From NCBI GenBank assembly GCA_017554545.1, contig JAFZIB010000039.1, forward strand, positions 1 through 40,330: a stretch of DNA of 40,330 nt, given 5' to 3'. The DNA comes from Clostridia bacterium. Lineage in GTDB: Bacteria; Bacillota; Clostridia; Christensenellales; Borkfalkiaceae. Positions 25,801 to 37,122 of this stretch are shown here, in pieces; positions within the stretch are counted from its first letter, which is position 1; each line of letters opens with the position of its first letter. Under the pieces are notes generated by a model that had not been told where the DNA came from, did not search any database, and worked only from the letters and a program-made list of their open reading frames with translations. The position numbers and the translations under genes are program-made.

Positions 25801-26511
25801 TTACACCATCTTGGTAAATTCCTTTTTAAGCCTACCTATAATCTTTTTTTCTAGCCTAGATATATAACTTTGCGAAATCCCAAGCAGTACGGCAACCTCC
25901 CGTTGCGTTTTTTCAGCTCTGCCGTTTAGCCCGTATCTAAGTTCCATAATTTCTCGCTCGCGTCCGCCTAGTTTTTTTAGCGCCTCAGTTAACAGTTCGT
26001 TCTCTACGCCACTCTCTATCTTTTTGTAAACCACGTCGCCGTCCGTTCCCATAACGTCGGAAAGCACTAGTTCGTTCCCCTCGCTATCGGTATTTAACGG
26101 CTCGTCGAAAGACACCTCGCTCTTAAGTTTCGAAGTCCTTCTAAGATGCATTAAAATCTCGTTTTCGATACATCTGGAGGCGTAGGTCGCAAGTTTTATG
26201 TTCTTTTCGGCGTTAAACGAGTTAACCGCTTTAATTAGACCTATCGTGCCTACCGAAATTAAGTCGTCAAGGTCAACGCCCGTGTTTTCAAAACGCCTTG
26301 CAATGTAAACGACTAGCCTTAGATTGTGCTCTATAAGTTTATCTTTTACGCCCTCTTTACCCTCGGCTAGTTCGCCTATAAGTTGGCTTTCTTCCTCCAC
26401 GCTAAAAGGAACGGGCAAAACTTCCGCTCCGCTCACGTATCTTAGTAGGTTTTCGTTTAACGAAAACTTTTGCAACAACGTTTTAAGCATTTGCTTTAAG
26501 GTATGTTTCAT
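25801..26511 (-). CDS. sigE: Sporulation sigma factor E precursor (pro-sigma-E)
   Basis: Pro-sequence, then [41 protein letters not shown] and the region 4.2 block [21 protein letters not shown]. Lies immediately downstream of, and overlaps, spoIIGA. Confidence 0.9.
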   Translation of the reverse strand: MKHTLKQMLKTLLQKFSLNENLLRYVSGAEVLPVPFSVEEESQLIGELAEGKEGVKDKLIEHNLRLVVYIARRFENTGVDLDDLISVGTIGLIKAVNSFNAEKNIKLATYASRCIENEILMHLRRTSKLKSEVSFDEPLNTDSEGNELVLSDVMGTDGDVVYKKIESGVENELLTEALKKLGGREREIMELRYGLNGRAEKTQREVAVLLGISQSYISRLEKKIIGRLKKEFTKMV

Positions 26512-27301
26512 CTTGTACCTCCACTAACTTTGGGTGAATTATAACTTGATACCTATCGAACGCTCCACTCTCCGACACGCACATAGTTACGTTATTAAAT
26601 ATATTCTTTTTATCCCCTACGCAAACAGTAATTTCATCTACTTTAAATGACGGTTTTTGGCATATTCCCGTCACGGTAGATACGCTGATATATTTAATTT
26701 TAGGCATAGCCTTCTTCCCAAACAAAAAATCTTTGGCAAAATATTTACTGCACAGTATTACGGGCGAATTCCCGTCGTATAACATATTGCCCGTATCAAC
26801 GAACCCGCTCGCCCTTTTGGTCACTCCGTTGATGGAAACGGTAACTTCTACTAGGTTATTAAAAACGATTTTTCTCTTATAAATAAAGTCTAATACCGCG
26901 CTTACGCCCTTGCATACGCCAAACACGGGTAAAAACGCAAGCGCAATAGGAATTTCGGTAGAAAAATCTACGCCCGTTAAGTTTTCTAGTGCAAAAATTG
27001 CCCCACCCGTTAAAAAGGTAAAACAAAGAAATATTAACAGCGTGGCGTAATACTGCTTAAAAGTGTAGTTTTTACCCACGACAGCCACCAAAAACAAGGC
27101 GAAGGCCATTTTTATTAAAAAAAGCAAAATATTAGAAACTGCAAAAAGCGGATACGTCAGAGCAAAAACCGCACCTAACAGACTGCACAAAATAAGTCTA
27201 ACCTTGCTAGACGGCAAAGAAGTAATTTTAATCGAGCAACTAAGCAAAAGATAATCGATAATGAAATTATCTATTAAAACGTACTCAACGTAAACTATCA
27301 T
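26483..27301 (-). CDS. spoIIGA: Sigma-E processing aspartic peptidase SpoIIGA
   Basis: [20 protein letters not shown] start, five TM helices and [11 protein letters not shown] (DTG active site). Confidence 0.88.
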   Translation of the reverse strand: MIVYVEYVLIDNFIIDYLLLSCSIKITSLPSSKVRLILCSLLGAVFALTYPLFAVSNILLFLIKMAFALFLVAVVGKNYTFKQYYATLLIFLCFTFLTGGAIFALENLTGVDFSTEIPIALAFLPVFGVCKGVSAVLDFIYKRKIVFNNLVEVTVSINGVTKRASGFVDTGNMLYDGNSPVILCSKYFAKDFLFGKKAMPKIKYISVSTVTGICQKPSFKVDEITVCVGDKKNIFNNVTMCVSESGAFDRYQVIIHPKLVEVQDETYLKANA

Positions 27302-27370
27302 TTTTTAATGTTAGCATTTGCTTTGGCGTTATTAAGGTATTATTTTTAGTTTATAAGTCGTGTTTTGCCG

Positions 27371-27400
27371 AAAATAAAAACCGTAGCGCTTGCTACGGTT
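27371..27400 (-). terminator. Rho-independent terminator after hemW
   Basis: Stem AACCGTAGC / GCTACGGTT with loop GCTT. On the minus strand it is followed by TTTTTATTTT. Confidence 0.75.
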
Positions 27401-27406
27401 TAAGTT

Positions 27407-28519
27407 TTAATCTCTTAAAAACGCCATTATTATATCGTTTTGAACGTATAAGTAATCGTCTTTAATAGTTATATTTTTATCGGTCACGTTTATATACTCT
27501 GCCTTTAAGGCGAGAACGTCTTTATATTTTTCTTTTAAATCCACCCCGAACTGCTTTTTGAATTCGGCTAAGTCTATTCCATAACGTGTTCTTAGCGCTA
27601 GCATTATAAACTCGAACTCAGCGTCGTCACCCTCTATAACGTCCGAAGAAATTTCGGGCGATTTATTGTAAATTATGGCGTTCATATATTCGTCGATAGA
27701 AAAGGTGTTGGTAAATCTTCTACCGTCGATAAAGGAGGATGCCGAAACGCCCAGTCCTATATATTCGCCACGCATCCAGTAGTTAAGGTTGTGTTTAGAC
27801 TCAAAGCCGTCTAAAGCGAAGTTAGATACTTCGTATCTGTTAAAGCCCTTTCGTTTTAGGTATTCTTTAAGTCCATCGTAAAGGTCTGCAACCTCGTCGC
27901 CACTAGGGAGTTCTCCGTTAAGATAGTCGGTATATATCGGCGTGCCGACTTCGGGCGTTAGCGCGTACGCTGAAATATGCTTTACCCCGCCTGCGATTGC
28001 TAATTCCGCTGTTTTTAGCACTTGTTCAAGCGTTTGGTCGGCAAGCCCAAGCAAAACGTCTGCGCTTACGTTTTCGCCCTTTAATAAATTCATACAAAGC
28101 AAAAAGTCCTTTGCCGTATGCACTCTGTTTAGGCGTTTTAACTGGTCGTCGTAACCCGTTTGCAAGCCAATTGAAAACCTGTTAATCCCAACGCTTTTAT
28201 ATTCTTTAATCTTGTCGGCGTCAACCGTGCCGGGATTTATTTCTATGGTTATTTCGGCGTTAGGGGTTAAATTAAAAAACTTTTTTACCTGCCTTATAGC
28301 GCCGGCAATAAACTTTGAAGGCACGACCGACGGAGTTCCACCGCCTATATACACGGTGGAGAAGGTTTTATCTTTAAGTTGTCTGCCTCTGCCCTCGATT
28401 TCCCTGTAAAGACAAGCGAAATAACTTTCGGTTTTGCCTATTTCTTTAGGGAACGACGCAAAGTCGCAGTACGTACACTTGCTTTTACAAAAAGGTACGT
28501 GTATGTAAATTCCGCTCAT
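27407..28519 (-). CDS. hemW: Radical SAM heme chaperone HemW (HemN-like)
   Basis: IYIHVPFCKSKCTYCDF (CxxxCxxC), YIGGGTPS and the HemN_C-type C-terminus. Downstream of lepA, as in many Firmicutes. Confidence 0.9.
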   Translation of the reverse strand: MSGIYIHVPFCKSKCTYCDFASFPKEIGKTESYFACLYREIEGRGRQLKDKTFSTVYIGGGTPSVVPSKFIAGAIRQVKKFFNLTPNAEITIEINPGTVDADKIKEYKSVGINRFSIGLQTGYDDQLKRLNRVHTAKDFLLCMNLLKGENVSADVLLGLADQTLEQVLKTAELAIAGGVKHISAYALTPEVGTPIYTDYLNGELPSGDEVADLYDGLKEYLKRKGFNRYEVSNFALDGFESKHNLNYWMRGEYIGLGVSASSFIDGRRFTNTFSIDEYMNAIIYNKSPEISSDVIEGDDAEFEFIMLALRTRYGIDLAEFKKQFGVDLKEKYKDVLALKAEYINVTDKNITIKDDYLYVQNDIIMAFLRD

Positions 28520-29238
28520 TAGTTCTCCTTTTTATTAGGAATTAGTTTATACGAAAAGCTAAGCACGATAAGCGTTTGCGATAATACGTAGAATAGCCAA
28601 GTAAAGTTAAAGGGCGGACAAGCCATAAAATAGGCTAGCGAACCCTTAGACGCGGTAAACAATACGCCTTGCATAGCGTTTGCGCCAACGAAAACGTCGC
28701 AAAAAATAAACAGTAGCAAGCCGATTGCAAATATATTGTGCTTGCAGTATTCTATAAAAGCAAATACGCAATTAAGCACTAGGTTGGTAAAATATATTAC
28801 GGTTATAAGGATTAAAAAATTAGTTTTCTCTTTGCATACCATATACGCTACGATAGGCATAATTACGCTAAGGAAGGCACGCACACAAACATGCGTGATT
28901 TTTAGCGACTTTTTAGAAGTTGATAAAATCAAATAAATAAAGTACAACGCCTGAACTACCGTAAAGAAACAAACGCCTAAAATTTGATGAAGCATTTGCC
29001 CCGATTTTTGATAAACAATCACTAAAAACACGTCGGAAACAACAGTGAAAAGTAGCGCTATAGACTTATAGCACCCTCTTTTTTGCTCGCCAAACAGCAA
29101 GAGCGAAAAGCAAAACGCAACGCATACCGTTAAAAAGCAAACGATTGAAACGCTATTTAAAACGAATAGTATTAAAACTAAAAGTATGGTTTCGATACTA
29201 ACAAAAGCAATATTAATTAAATCAATCGTTTTATTCAC
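28519..29238 (-). CDS. Polytopic membrane protein (7-8 TM), possibly YhhN/lysoplasmalogenase-like
   Basis: Two SD/CD-containing TM motifs (LLFTVVSDVFLVI, LLLFIFCDVFVG) recall YhhN. Its stop overlaps the hemW start (ATGA). The family assignment is tentative. Confidence 0.45.
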   Translation of the reverse strand: MNKTIDLINIAFVSIETILLVLILFVLNSVSIVCFLTVCVAFCFSLLLFGEQKRGCYKSIALLFTVVSDVFLVIVYQKSGQMLHQILGVCFFTVVQALYFIYLILSTSKKSLKITHVCVRAFLSVIMPIVAYMVCKEKTNFLILITVIYFTNLVLNCVFAFIEYCKHNIFAIGLLLFIFCDVFVGANAMQGVLFTASKGSLAYFMACPPFNFTWLFYVLSQTLIVLSFSYKLIPNKKEN

Positions 29239-29278
29239 TATTTAGTTTCCTTTATAAATTTATCCATTAAGGCAAGAA

Positions 29279-31090
29279 CTAATCGTCGCTATCCGTTTTA
29301 AGAATTGAAATAAACGCCTCGCTCGGTATTTCAACCGTACCGATAGAACGCATTTTCTTTTTGCCTTCTTTTTGTTTTTCTAAAAGTTTTTTCTTTCTGG
29401 TAACGTCACCGCCGTAGCACTTTGCAAGAACGTCTTTTCTAAACGCCTTAACCGTTTCTCTAGCGATTATTTTACCACCAACCGCAGCCTGAATAGGAAT
29501 TTCAAACATTTGGCGGGGGATAACGTCTTTAAGTTTTTCGGCAATCTGTCTGCCACGCTCGTACGCCTTATCTTTATGCACGATAACCGAAAGCGCGTCG
29601 CAAATATCGCCGTTAAGTAGCATATCTAGTTTAACTAGTTCACTCTTTTGATAACCCGCAACGTCGTAGTCGAAAGACGCGTATCCTTTAGTTCTAGATT
29701 TAAGACTGTCAAAGAAGTCGTATATTATTTCGTTTAACGGTAGAACGTATTTCATCTCTACTCGCGTTTTGTCTAGATATATTAAATCTTTATAAACACC
29801 GCGTTTATACTGGCACAGTTCCATAATAGGTCCAACGTATTCGGGAGGAGTAAAAATGCTCGCGCTAATTACCGGTTCTTCCATATAATCGATTTCGGTC
29901 GTGGGAGGAAGGTGGGTTGGGTTTTCAACAATCATCATACTGCCGTCGGTTTTATAAACCTTGTACGAAACGGACGGCGCAGTAGTGATTATATCTATAT
30001 CAAACTCCCTTTCTATACGCTCTTGAATAACGTCCATATGAAGTAGTCCTAAAAAACCACATCTAAACCCAAAACCTAGCGCGGCCGAACTGTCTGGCTC
30101 GATAGATAACGCCGCGTCGTTTAATTTTAGTTTTAATAGCGCGTCTTTTAGGTCGTTAAATTTACTGCCGTCTAACGGGAATACGCCCGAGAACACCATA
30201 GGTAGCGCCTTTTTGTATCCGTCGAGAGGCTGTTTTGCGGGATTTTCCACGGTGGTTATGGTATCGCCGACCGCCGTGTCTTCTATACTTTTAATGCTTG
30301 CAGCAATATATCCTACTTCGCCTGCAGATAGGTCTTCTTTAGGGCTCATTTTTGGCGCGAATACACCCACTTCGGTAACCACGAACTCCTTATCCGACAT
30401 AAAGGTCTTTATTTTAGTACCTACTTTAACCGAGCCGTCCACTATTCTAACGAAACAGATTACACCCTTAAAGTTATCGTAGTAACTATCAAATATAAGG
30501 GCTTTTAACGGCGCGCTAGCATCTCCGTTTGGAGCAGGAATTTTAGTTACTACTTGCTCTAACACTTCTTCGATATTTAGTCCGTTTTTAGCGGAAATTC
30601 TGGGCGCGTCGCTAGCATCTACGCCTAAAATATTTTCTAATTCTTCGGCAGCCTCGTCGGGACGAGCAGACGCTAAGTCCATTTTGTTTATAACGGGCAT
30701 AATTTCTAAGTCGTTATCTATAGCAAGGTAGGCGTTTGCAAGCGTTTGAGCCTGTACGCCTTGCGTTGCGTCAACTATCAAAATAGCGCCCTCGCACGCC
30801 TTGAGCGAACGCGATACTTCGTAGGTAAAGTCCACGTGTCCGGGAGTGTCGATAAGGTTTAAAATATATTCTTCGCCGTCTTTTGCTTTGTAGAACATTC
30901 TAACAGGAGTTAGTTTTATGGTAATACCCCTTTCACGCTCTAAATCCATAGAGTCTAAAAGTTGTTCTTCCATATCCCTTTGAGAAACCTGCCCCGTTTT
31001 TTCCATAAGCCTGTCCGCTAAGGTTGACTTGCCGTGGTCGATATGCGCTACTATACAAAAGTTTCTAATTTTTTTTTGATTTACAGACAT
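29279..31090 (-). CDS. lepA: Elongation factor 4
   Basis: [32 protein letters not shown] and the LepA-specific C-terminal domain ([22 protein letters not shown]). Confidence 0.96.
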   Translation of the reverse strand: MSVNQKKIRNFCIVAHIDHGKSTLADRLMEKTGQVSQRDMEEQLLDSMDLERERGITIKLTPVRMFYKAKDGEEYILNLIDTPGHVDFTYEVSRSLKACEGAILIVDATQGVQAQTLANAYLAIDNDLEIMPVINKMDLASARPDEAAEELENILGVDASDAPRISAKNGLNIEEVLEQVVTKIPAPNGDASAPLKALIFDSYYDNFKGVICFVRIVDGSVKVGTKIKTFMSDKEFVVTEVGVFAPKMSPKEDLSAGEVGYIAASIKSIEDTAVGDTITTVENPAKQPLDGYKKALPMVFSGVFPLDGSKFNDLKDALLKLKLNDAALSIEPDSSAALGFGFRCGFLGLLHMDVIQERIEREFDIDIITTAPSVSYKVYKTDGSMMIVENPTHLPPTTEIDYMEEPVISASIFTPPEYVGPIMELCQYKRGVYKDLIYLDKTRVEMKYVLPLNEIIYDFFDSLKSRTKGYASFDYDVAGYQKSELVKLDMLLNGDICDALSVIVHKDKAYERGRQIAEKLKDVIPRQMFEIPIQAAVGGKIIARETVKAFRKDVLAKCYGGDVTRKKKLLEKQKEGKKKMRSIGTVEIPSEAFISILKTDSDD

Positions 31091-31129
31091 AGTTATCCTA
31101 TAAGTTTTTTAAATAGTCAATTTCTAATA

Positions 31130-31158
31130 ATTATATAATAAAAAGCCGTATTTTGCAA
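31130..31158 (-). promoter_or_regulatory. Candidate sigma-A promoter for lepA
   Basis: Minus strand TTGCAA (31158-31153), 17 nt, TATAAT (31135-31130). Confidence 0.5.
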
Positions 31159-31188
31159 GTAAATAATAAAACTGCATTTTTGCTAGAA

Positions 31189-31219
31189 GGAAAAATAAAA
31201 AGGCGGAAAATTTCCGCCT
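31189..31219 (-). terminator. Rho-independent terminator after gdhA
   Basis: Palindrome AGGCGGAAA-a-TTTCCGCCT (31201-31219). On the minus strand it is followed by TTTTATTTTTCC. Confidence 0.75.
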
Positions 31220-31246
31220 TTATAATTTTACGTTTATAACGATTTA

Positions 31247-32608
<1,362 letters not shown>

Positions 32609-32724
32609 TTATCTTAAGTATATTGTAACATACTTTTTATCAAAATTATAAACGATTTTTATATAAAATTTTTATATTTTTTATTATTTTAATTAATATT
32701 TAATCGGTTTTAATATAAATTTTA

Positions 32725-33849
32725 CTAAAAACAACGCTGTAAATCTATAAACACGGCAAATAAAACGAGCAAAACTAAGCCTACCGTGTGAATTATACCC
32801 TCTACCTTTCGGCTAATAGGTTTTCCTCTTACCCACTCTATCAAAGTGAAAATTACTCTCGAACCGTCTAAAGCAGGTATAGGCAGTAGATTGAACACGG
32901 CTAGATTTACGCCTATAAACGCGCCTATATTTAATAGGTTTCTAAACCCAAACGAAATAGCCTGAGCGGTAACGGCAATAGTAGTAACCGTTCCACCCAT
33001 AGACGATAACCCGAGTTTACCCGTTAGTAACTGTCCCAAAACTATAAAAACCGTACCGGCAAGTTTAATAGAATACTCAACGCTAGCGCCTATCGTTCTA
33101 AAAAAGCCTAGTTTTACACCCGTCGCGTAAAGACCACCGTCAATCATCTCGCCGTTAGTCTCGTCCGTTTGGTAATAAACGCCCAAAGCGTCGTAAAGCA
33201 GAGTTATATCCTCTAAATTCTTAAAGTTGGTATGCTCGCGGAGTTTAACCGTTAAGTCCATAACCTTGCCTTGTCGCATTATCTTAAAGTCAACCGTTTC
33301 TCCCGCCTCTTTGCCCTCGATAGCGCTCATAAGGTCGGAAGTTATATAAACGTTCTTGCCGTTTGCCTTTAGTATAACGTCGCGAGAAATAAAACTGTTT
33401 TGCGAGTCGTAGCCTAAAGGCAGGTCGTTAACCTTATAGGTCACTAGCGCGTTTTTTCCGTACGCGCCGAACATTACGCAAATAATAAGTAGCGCAAAAA
33501 GATAATTCATAAGCGCACCGGACACTAAAACTATAAGTCTTTGCCACGGCTTGCGATTATTAAACGCCTTTGGGTCTTTGCTGTCCTCGTCTTCGCCACT
33601 AAACGCGCAAAATCCACCGAGAGGGAGAGCGCGAATAGAAAAAACTTCGCCGTCTTTTTTCTTTTTAGAAAATATTTTAGGGCCGAACCCAACGGCAAAT
33701 TCGTCAATGCCAAAGCCTAGCATTTTACCCGTTAGATAATGCCCTAACTCGTGTACTGTTATCATAACCAACAGCAATAAAACGGCAAGCAACACGTACC
33801 CTACGTAAGACGCTACCTGCCCAAAACTAGCAAGAAAAAGAAAATTCAT
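32725..33849 (-). CDS. rseP: RIP site-2 zinc metalloprotease (RseP/RasP family)
   Basis: HELGHY zinc motif, one PDZ-like segment and the C-terminal NLLPIPALDG motif. ATG 33849 overlaps the dxr stop (TAATG), so I prefer it to the track's upstream start. Confidence 0.9.
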   Translation of the reverse strand: MNFLFLASFGQVASYVGYVLLAVLLLLVMITVHELGHYLTGKMLGFGIDEFAVGFGPKIFSKKKKDGEVFSIRALPLGGFCAFSGEDEDSKDPKAFNNRKPWQRLIVLVSGALMNYLFALLIICVMFGAYGKNALVTYKVNDLPLGYDSQNSFISRDVILKANGKNVYITSDLMSAIEGKEAGETVDFKIMRQGKVMDLTVKLREHTNFKNLEDITLLYDALGVYYQTDETNGEMIDGGLYATGVKLGFFRTIGASVEYSIKLAGTVFIVLGQLLTGKLGLSSMGGTVTTIAVTAQAISFGFRNLLNIGAFIGVNLAVFNLLPIPALDGSRVIFTLIEWVRGKPISRKVEGIIHTVGLVLLVLFAVFIDLQRCF

Positions 33850-34979
33850 TATTCTCCGAACAAGCCTTTTACCGCCTTTCTTGAATATTCGTCCGCAAGA
33901 CAAACGTTCTCGTAACTAACTTGGTTACTACCCGAAAAGCCGTCTAAGGCAAAAGCAATGCTTTTATAAATATCGTTAAATTTAATTTTACCCTGCAAGA
34001 ACATATTTACGGCAACTTCGTTTGCGCCGTTAACGACTGCAGGAAGGCAACCACCCGACTTTCCAGCCCGTATTACCAAATCTAAACAAGGGTATTTTTC
34101 TTGGTCGGGTTTCGCAAAGGTCAGTTTGCCAAGCGTTGCAAAATCTAAACCTTTTAGCCCCGTATCTATCCTTTCGGGATAAGATAGCGCCAAGGCGATA
34201 GGAAGTTCCATACTAGGATAACTCATTTGCGCAATAGTAGAGCCGTCTAAATACTCTACCATAGAGTGTATGATACTTTCTCTATGAATAATTACGTCGA
34301 TATTGTCGAAATCTGCATTAAAAAGCCATTTGGCCTCGATAACTTCAAAACCTTTGTTGACCATAGTCGCGCAGTCAACGGTAATTTTATCACCCATATT
34401 CCAGTTAGGGTGTTTTAAAGCGTCTTTTGCCGTAACGAATTGCAAATCGCTAACGCTTAAATCTCTAAAAGCGCCACCGCTTGCCGTTAAAATTATACGC
34501 TTAAAAGGTTTGTTTCGGTCTTGAGATAAAGCCTGCCATATTGCCGAGTGTTCGCTATCTATTGGAAGAAGATTTACCCCCGCCTTTTTAACCGCGTCCA
34601 TAACGAGTTTTCCGCCCACCACTAGACTTTCCTTGTTTGCAAGAGCAACGTCCTTTTTAAGTTCTAGTGCTTTAAGTACTGCGTGAATACCCATAAATCC
34701 TACGAGCGCAACCACAACCACGTCTGCCTGCTCGATAACGGCGTTTAGATAGGCAGTTTCGCCATTATAGGTTTTAACTTTGCTATCGCCACCTAGTCGT
34801 AGGGGCAAAGCACAAGTTGCAACTAGCGGAGAAAATTCTTCGATTTGTTCTTTAAGCAGTTCAACGTTGTTTCCCCCTGCAAGCGAAACGATTTTAAATT
34901 TGTCGGGGTGGCGACGAACGACGTTTAACGTTTGACGACCTATCGACCCCGTTGAACCTATAAGCGCAATCTTTTTCAT
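33849..34979 (-). CDS. dxr: 1-deoxy-D-xylulose 5-phosphate reductoisomerase
   Basis: IALIGSTGSIGRQTL, LANKESLV, PIDSEHSAI and NKGFEVIEA motifs. Confidence 0.95.
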   Translation of the reverse strand: MKKIALIGSTGSIGRQTLNVVRRHPDKFKIVSLAGGNNVELLKEQIEEFSPLVATCALPLRLGGDSKVKTYNGETAYLNAVIEQADVVVVALVGFMGIHAVLKALELKKDVALANKESLVVGGKLVMDAVKKAGVNLLPIDSEHSAIWQALSQDRNKPFKRIILTASGGAFRDLSVSDLQFVTAKDALKHPNWNMGDKITVDCATMVNKGFEVIEAKWLFNADFDNIDVIIHRESIIHSMVEYLDGSTIAQMSYPSMELPIALALSYPERIDTGLKGLDFATLGKLTFAKPDQEKYPCLDLVIRAGKSGGCLPAVVNGANEVAVNMFLQGKIKFNDIYKSIAFALDGFSGSNQVSYENVCLADEYSRKAVKGLFGE

Positions 34980-34983
34980 AATT

Positions 34984-35796
34984 CTAAATTAGACTAAAAG
35001 CAACCAAAATTAACGGCGAAGAAAAAATCATACCGTCGATTCTATCCATCACGCCACCGTGACCGGGCATTATGTTGCCGTAATCTTTAATTCCAACCTT
35101 TCTTTTTATTAGGCTGGCGAATAAATCGCCGAAAATAGTAAGCACGGATGCTACTACGCCTATAATTGCAAACAAGACGTAGCCAAGTCTAACGTTTAGC
35201 GACGAGCCGAAAACAAAGTAAACGGCTAAACCGCCCATGGCTCCACCTAGAACGCTACCGAAAGCGCCAGCCCAAGTCTTTTTGGGGCTAAGTTTGGGAC
35301 AAAGTTTTTTTCCACCGATTAACGTGCCTAAGAAATACGCAAACGAATCGGCAAGCGGTGCTATAACGAATAGAGTTAGCGTAGCGATAAAGCCCACGCC
35401 TTGTAAATAGTTTATCATTAACGAAGTTAAAATAAGTAGCGAAGGGTAAAACGCAGGGAGCACGCAAAATATTCTTTTGCTTTTTCTTTTGGTTAGTACG
35501 AACAAAATAACGCCCGAAATAACGCTTAAAGCAATAGGAGCGATAAAGCCCCAACCTGCAAAAAAGTGCTCGATTAAGCAAAAAGCAGGAACGCTAAGTC
35601 CACCAAATACGCCTGCAACGATTAAGGCTTTTTTAGTGGTGTATTTATTTACAGCCTCGGCAACTTCGAGCGTGCCTAAAGTAGCAAAAAACCATAACAA
35701 AAGATTAAAGAGTCTAAAATCAACGAACTCTCTAAGCAAAAAACACCCTGCTATAATAACTACGTAACATGCTCCGCTAATAATTCTAGTTTTCAT
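34984..35796 (-). CDS. cdsA: Phosphatidate cytidylyltransferase
   Basis: SLIKRKVGIKDYGNIMPGHGGVMDRIDG signature and a polytopic membrane profile. Confidence 0.92.
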   Translation of the reverse strand: MKTRIISGACYVVIIAGCFLLREFVDFRLFNLLLWFFATLGTLEVAEAVNKYTTKKALIVAGVFGGLSVPAFCLIEHFFAGWGFIAPIALSVISGVILFVLTKRKSKRIFCVLPAFYPSLLILTSLMINYLQGVGFIATLTLFVIAPLADSFAYFLGTLIGGKKLCPKLSPKKTWAGAFGSVLGGAMGGLAVYFVFGSSLNVRLGYVLFAIIGVVASVLTIFGDLFASLIKRKVGIKDYGNIMPGHGGVMDRIDGMIFSSPLILVAFSLI

Positions 35797-35805
35797 TTGT
35801 AATCC

Positions 35806-36492
35806 TTAAATTTTGCCGAATCTACGGTTTCTCGCGCCGTATTCGGCAAAAGCCTTTTCTAATTGCTCGCCGTTAAAGTCCGGCCACAAAACGTCGGTAA
35901 AATATAGTTCGCTATACGCGCCTTGATAGAGCAAGAAATTAGATAATCTAAATTCTCCGCCCGTTCTGATAATCAAGTCGGGTTCGCCGCAATCGGCGGT
36001 ATATAACGCCTTAGAAATACTTTCTATCGTAATTTGTTTTCCGTCTTTAAGTAGTTCGTTAACTGCGTGCACAATCTCTTGCCTACCGCCGTAATTTATT
36101 GCGATATTTAAAGTATGCTCTAGGTTGTTTTGCGTTTTAGCCTCGCCCTTTTCTATAACCTTTTTTAGTTCAGGGGTTAAAACCGAAACGTCGCCTATCA
36201 CTTTAAGTCTAATGCCGTTATTGGCAATCTTTTTTATAAACTTGGTAAAATAAATCTTAAGCAGACGCATAAGTTCGTCCACTTCTTTTTTTGGTCTTGC
36301 CCAGTTTTCCGTAGAAAATGCGTAAAGGGTAAGCGATTTAACGCCCCTGTTAAAAGCGTATTCCACTACCCTTTCTACGTTTGCCGAGCCCTCTTTATGA
36401 CCAAAAGAACGCTCCTTACCTTTGAGGTTTGCCCATCTTCCGTTGCCGTCCATAATTATCCCAACGTGTGTGGGAATTTTAACGTTATCCAT
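35806..36492 (-). CDS. uppS: Undecaprenyl diphosphate synthase (cis-prenyltransferase)
   Basis: HVGIIMDGNGRWA, TLYAFSTENWARP and IRTGGEFRLSNFLLYQ motifs. Confidence 0.95.
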   Translation of the reverse strand: MDNVKIPTHVGIIMDGNGRWANLKGKERSFGHKEGSANVERVVEYAFNRGVKSLTLYAFSTENWARPKKEVDELMRLLKIYFTKFIKKIANNGIRLKVIGDVSVLTPELKKVIEKGEAKTQNNLEHTLNIAINYGGRQEIVHAVNELLKDGKQITIESISKALYTADCGEPDLIIRTGGEFRLSNFLLYQGAYSELYFTDVLWPDFNGEQLEKAFAEYGARNRRFGKI

Positions 36493-37067
36493 TATACCGA
36501 AAGAATATCCTTTTCCTTATCTGCAACTAATTTTTCTATCTTTTCAATAGCCTCTGAAATAACCTTATCCACGTCTTTTTCGCAGATTGCGTGCTCGTCT
36601 TCAGAAAGTTCTTTGTTGTTTTTCATCTTCTTAAGAGAATCCATAGCGTCTCTACGAACGTTACGAACTGCAACCTTAGAATCTTCTGCCATCTTTTTGA
36701 TTTGCTTAACGAGTTCCTTTCTGCGTTCTTCGGTTAATACGGGGAATACTAAACGGATAACCTTACCGTCGTTCGCAGGGGTTATACCGATATTTTCCAC
36801 CATAATTTGCTTTTCTATAACCTTAAGCATAGACGCATCCCAAGGCGCGATAACCAAACATCTACCTTCGGTTACCGAAATGTTGCCCACTTGGTTGATA
36901 GGAGTGGGAGTGCCGTAGTAATCTACTAAAACCTTGTCTAAAATATGTGGGTTTGCTCTGCCCGCTCTTATGGTTACGTATTCGCTATTTAAAACCGAAA
37001 CGGTCTTTTCGGTTTTGTCTATAGTTTCCATCATTATCATTTCAAATTGTTCGTTTTCGATTGCCAT
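36492..37067 (-). CDS. frr: Ribosome recycling factor
   Basis: IRAGRANPHILDKVLVDYYGTPTPINQV and LTEERRKELVK motifs. ATG 37067 has AGGAGA 6 nt upstream; the track's start at 37088 adds 7 aa with no SD. Confidence 0.94.
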   Translation of the reverse strand: MAIENEQFEMIMMETIDKTEKTVSVLNSEYVTIRAGRANPHILDKVLVDYYGTPTPINQVGNISVTEGRCLVIAPWDASMLKVIEKQIMVENIGITPANDGKVIRLVFPVLTEERRKELVKQIKKMAEDSKVAVRNVRRDAMDSLKKMKNNKELSEDEHAICEKDVDKVISEAIEKIEKLVADKEKDILSV

Positions 37068-37122
37068 ATACGTTCTCCTAAAAATCAAATTGTGTTTTAG
37101 CCTTTTTGCCAGAATTACTATT

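Noticed and set aside
27302-27376. Spo0A boxes upstream of spoIIGA.
   Set aside because: There is only a single 6/7 match (TTCGGCA versus TTCGACA). That is too weak to annotate as a feature without a PWM scan, so I mention it only inside a finding.
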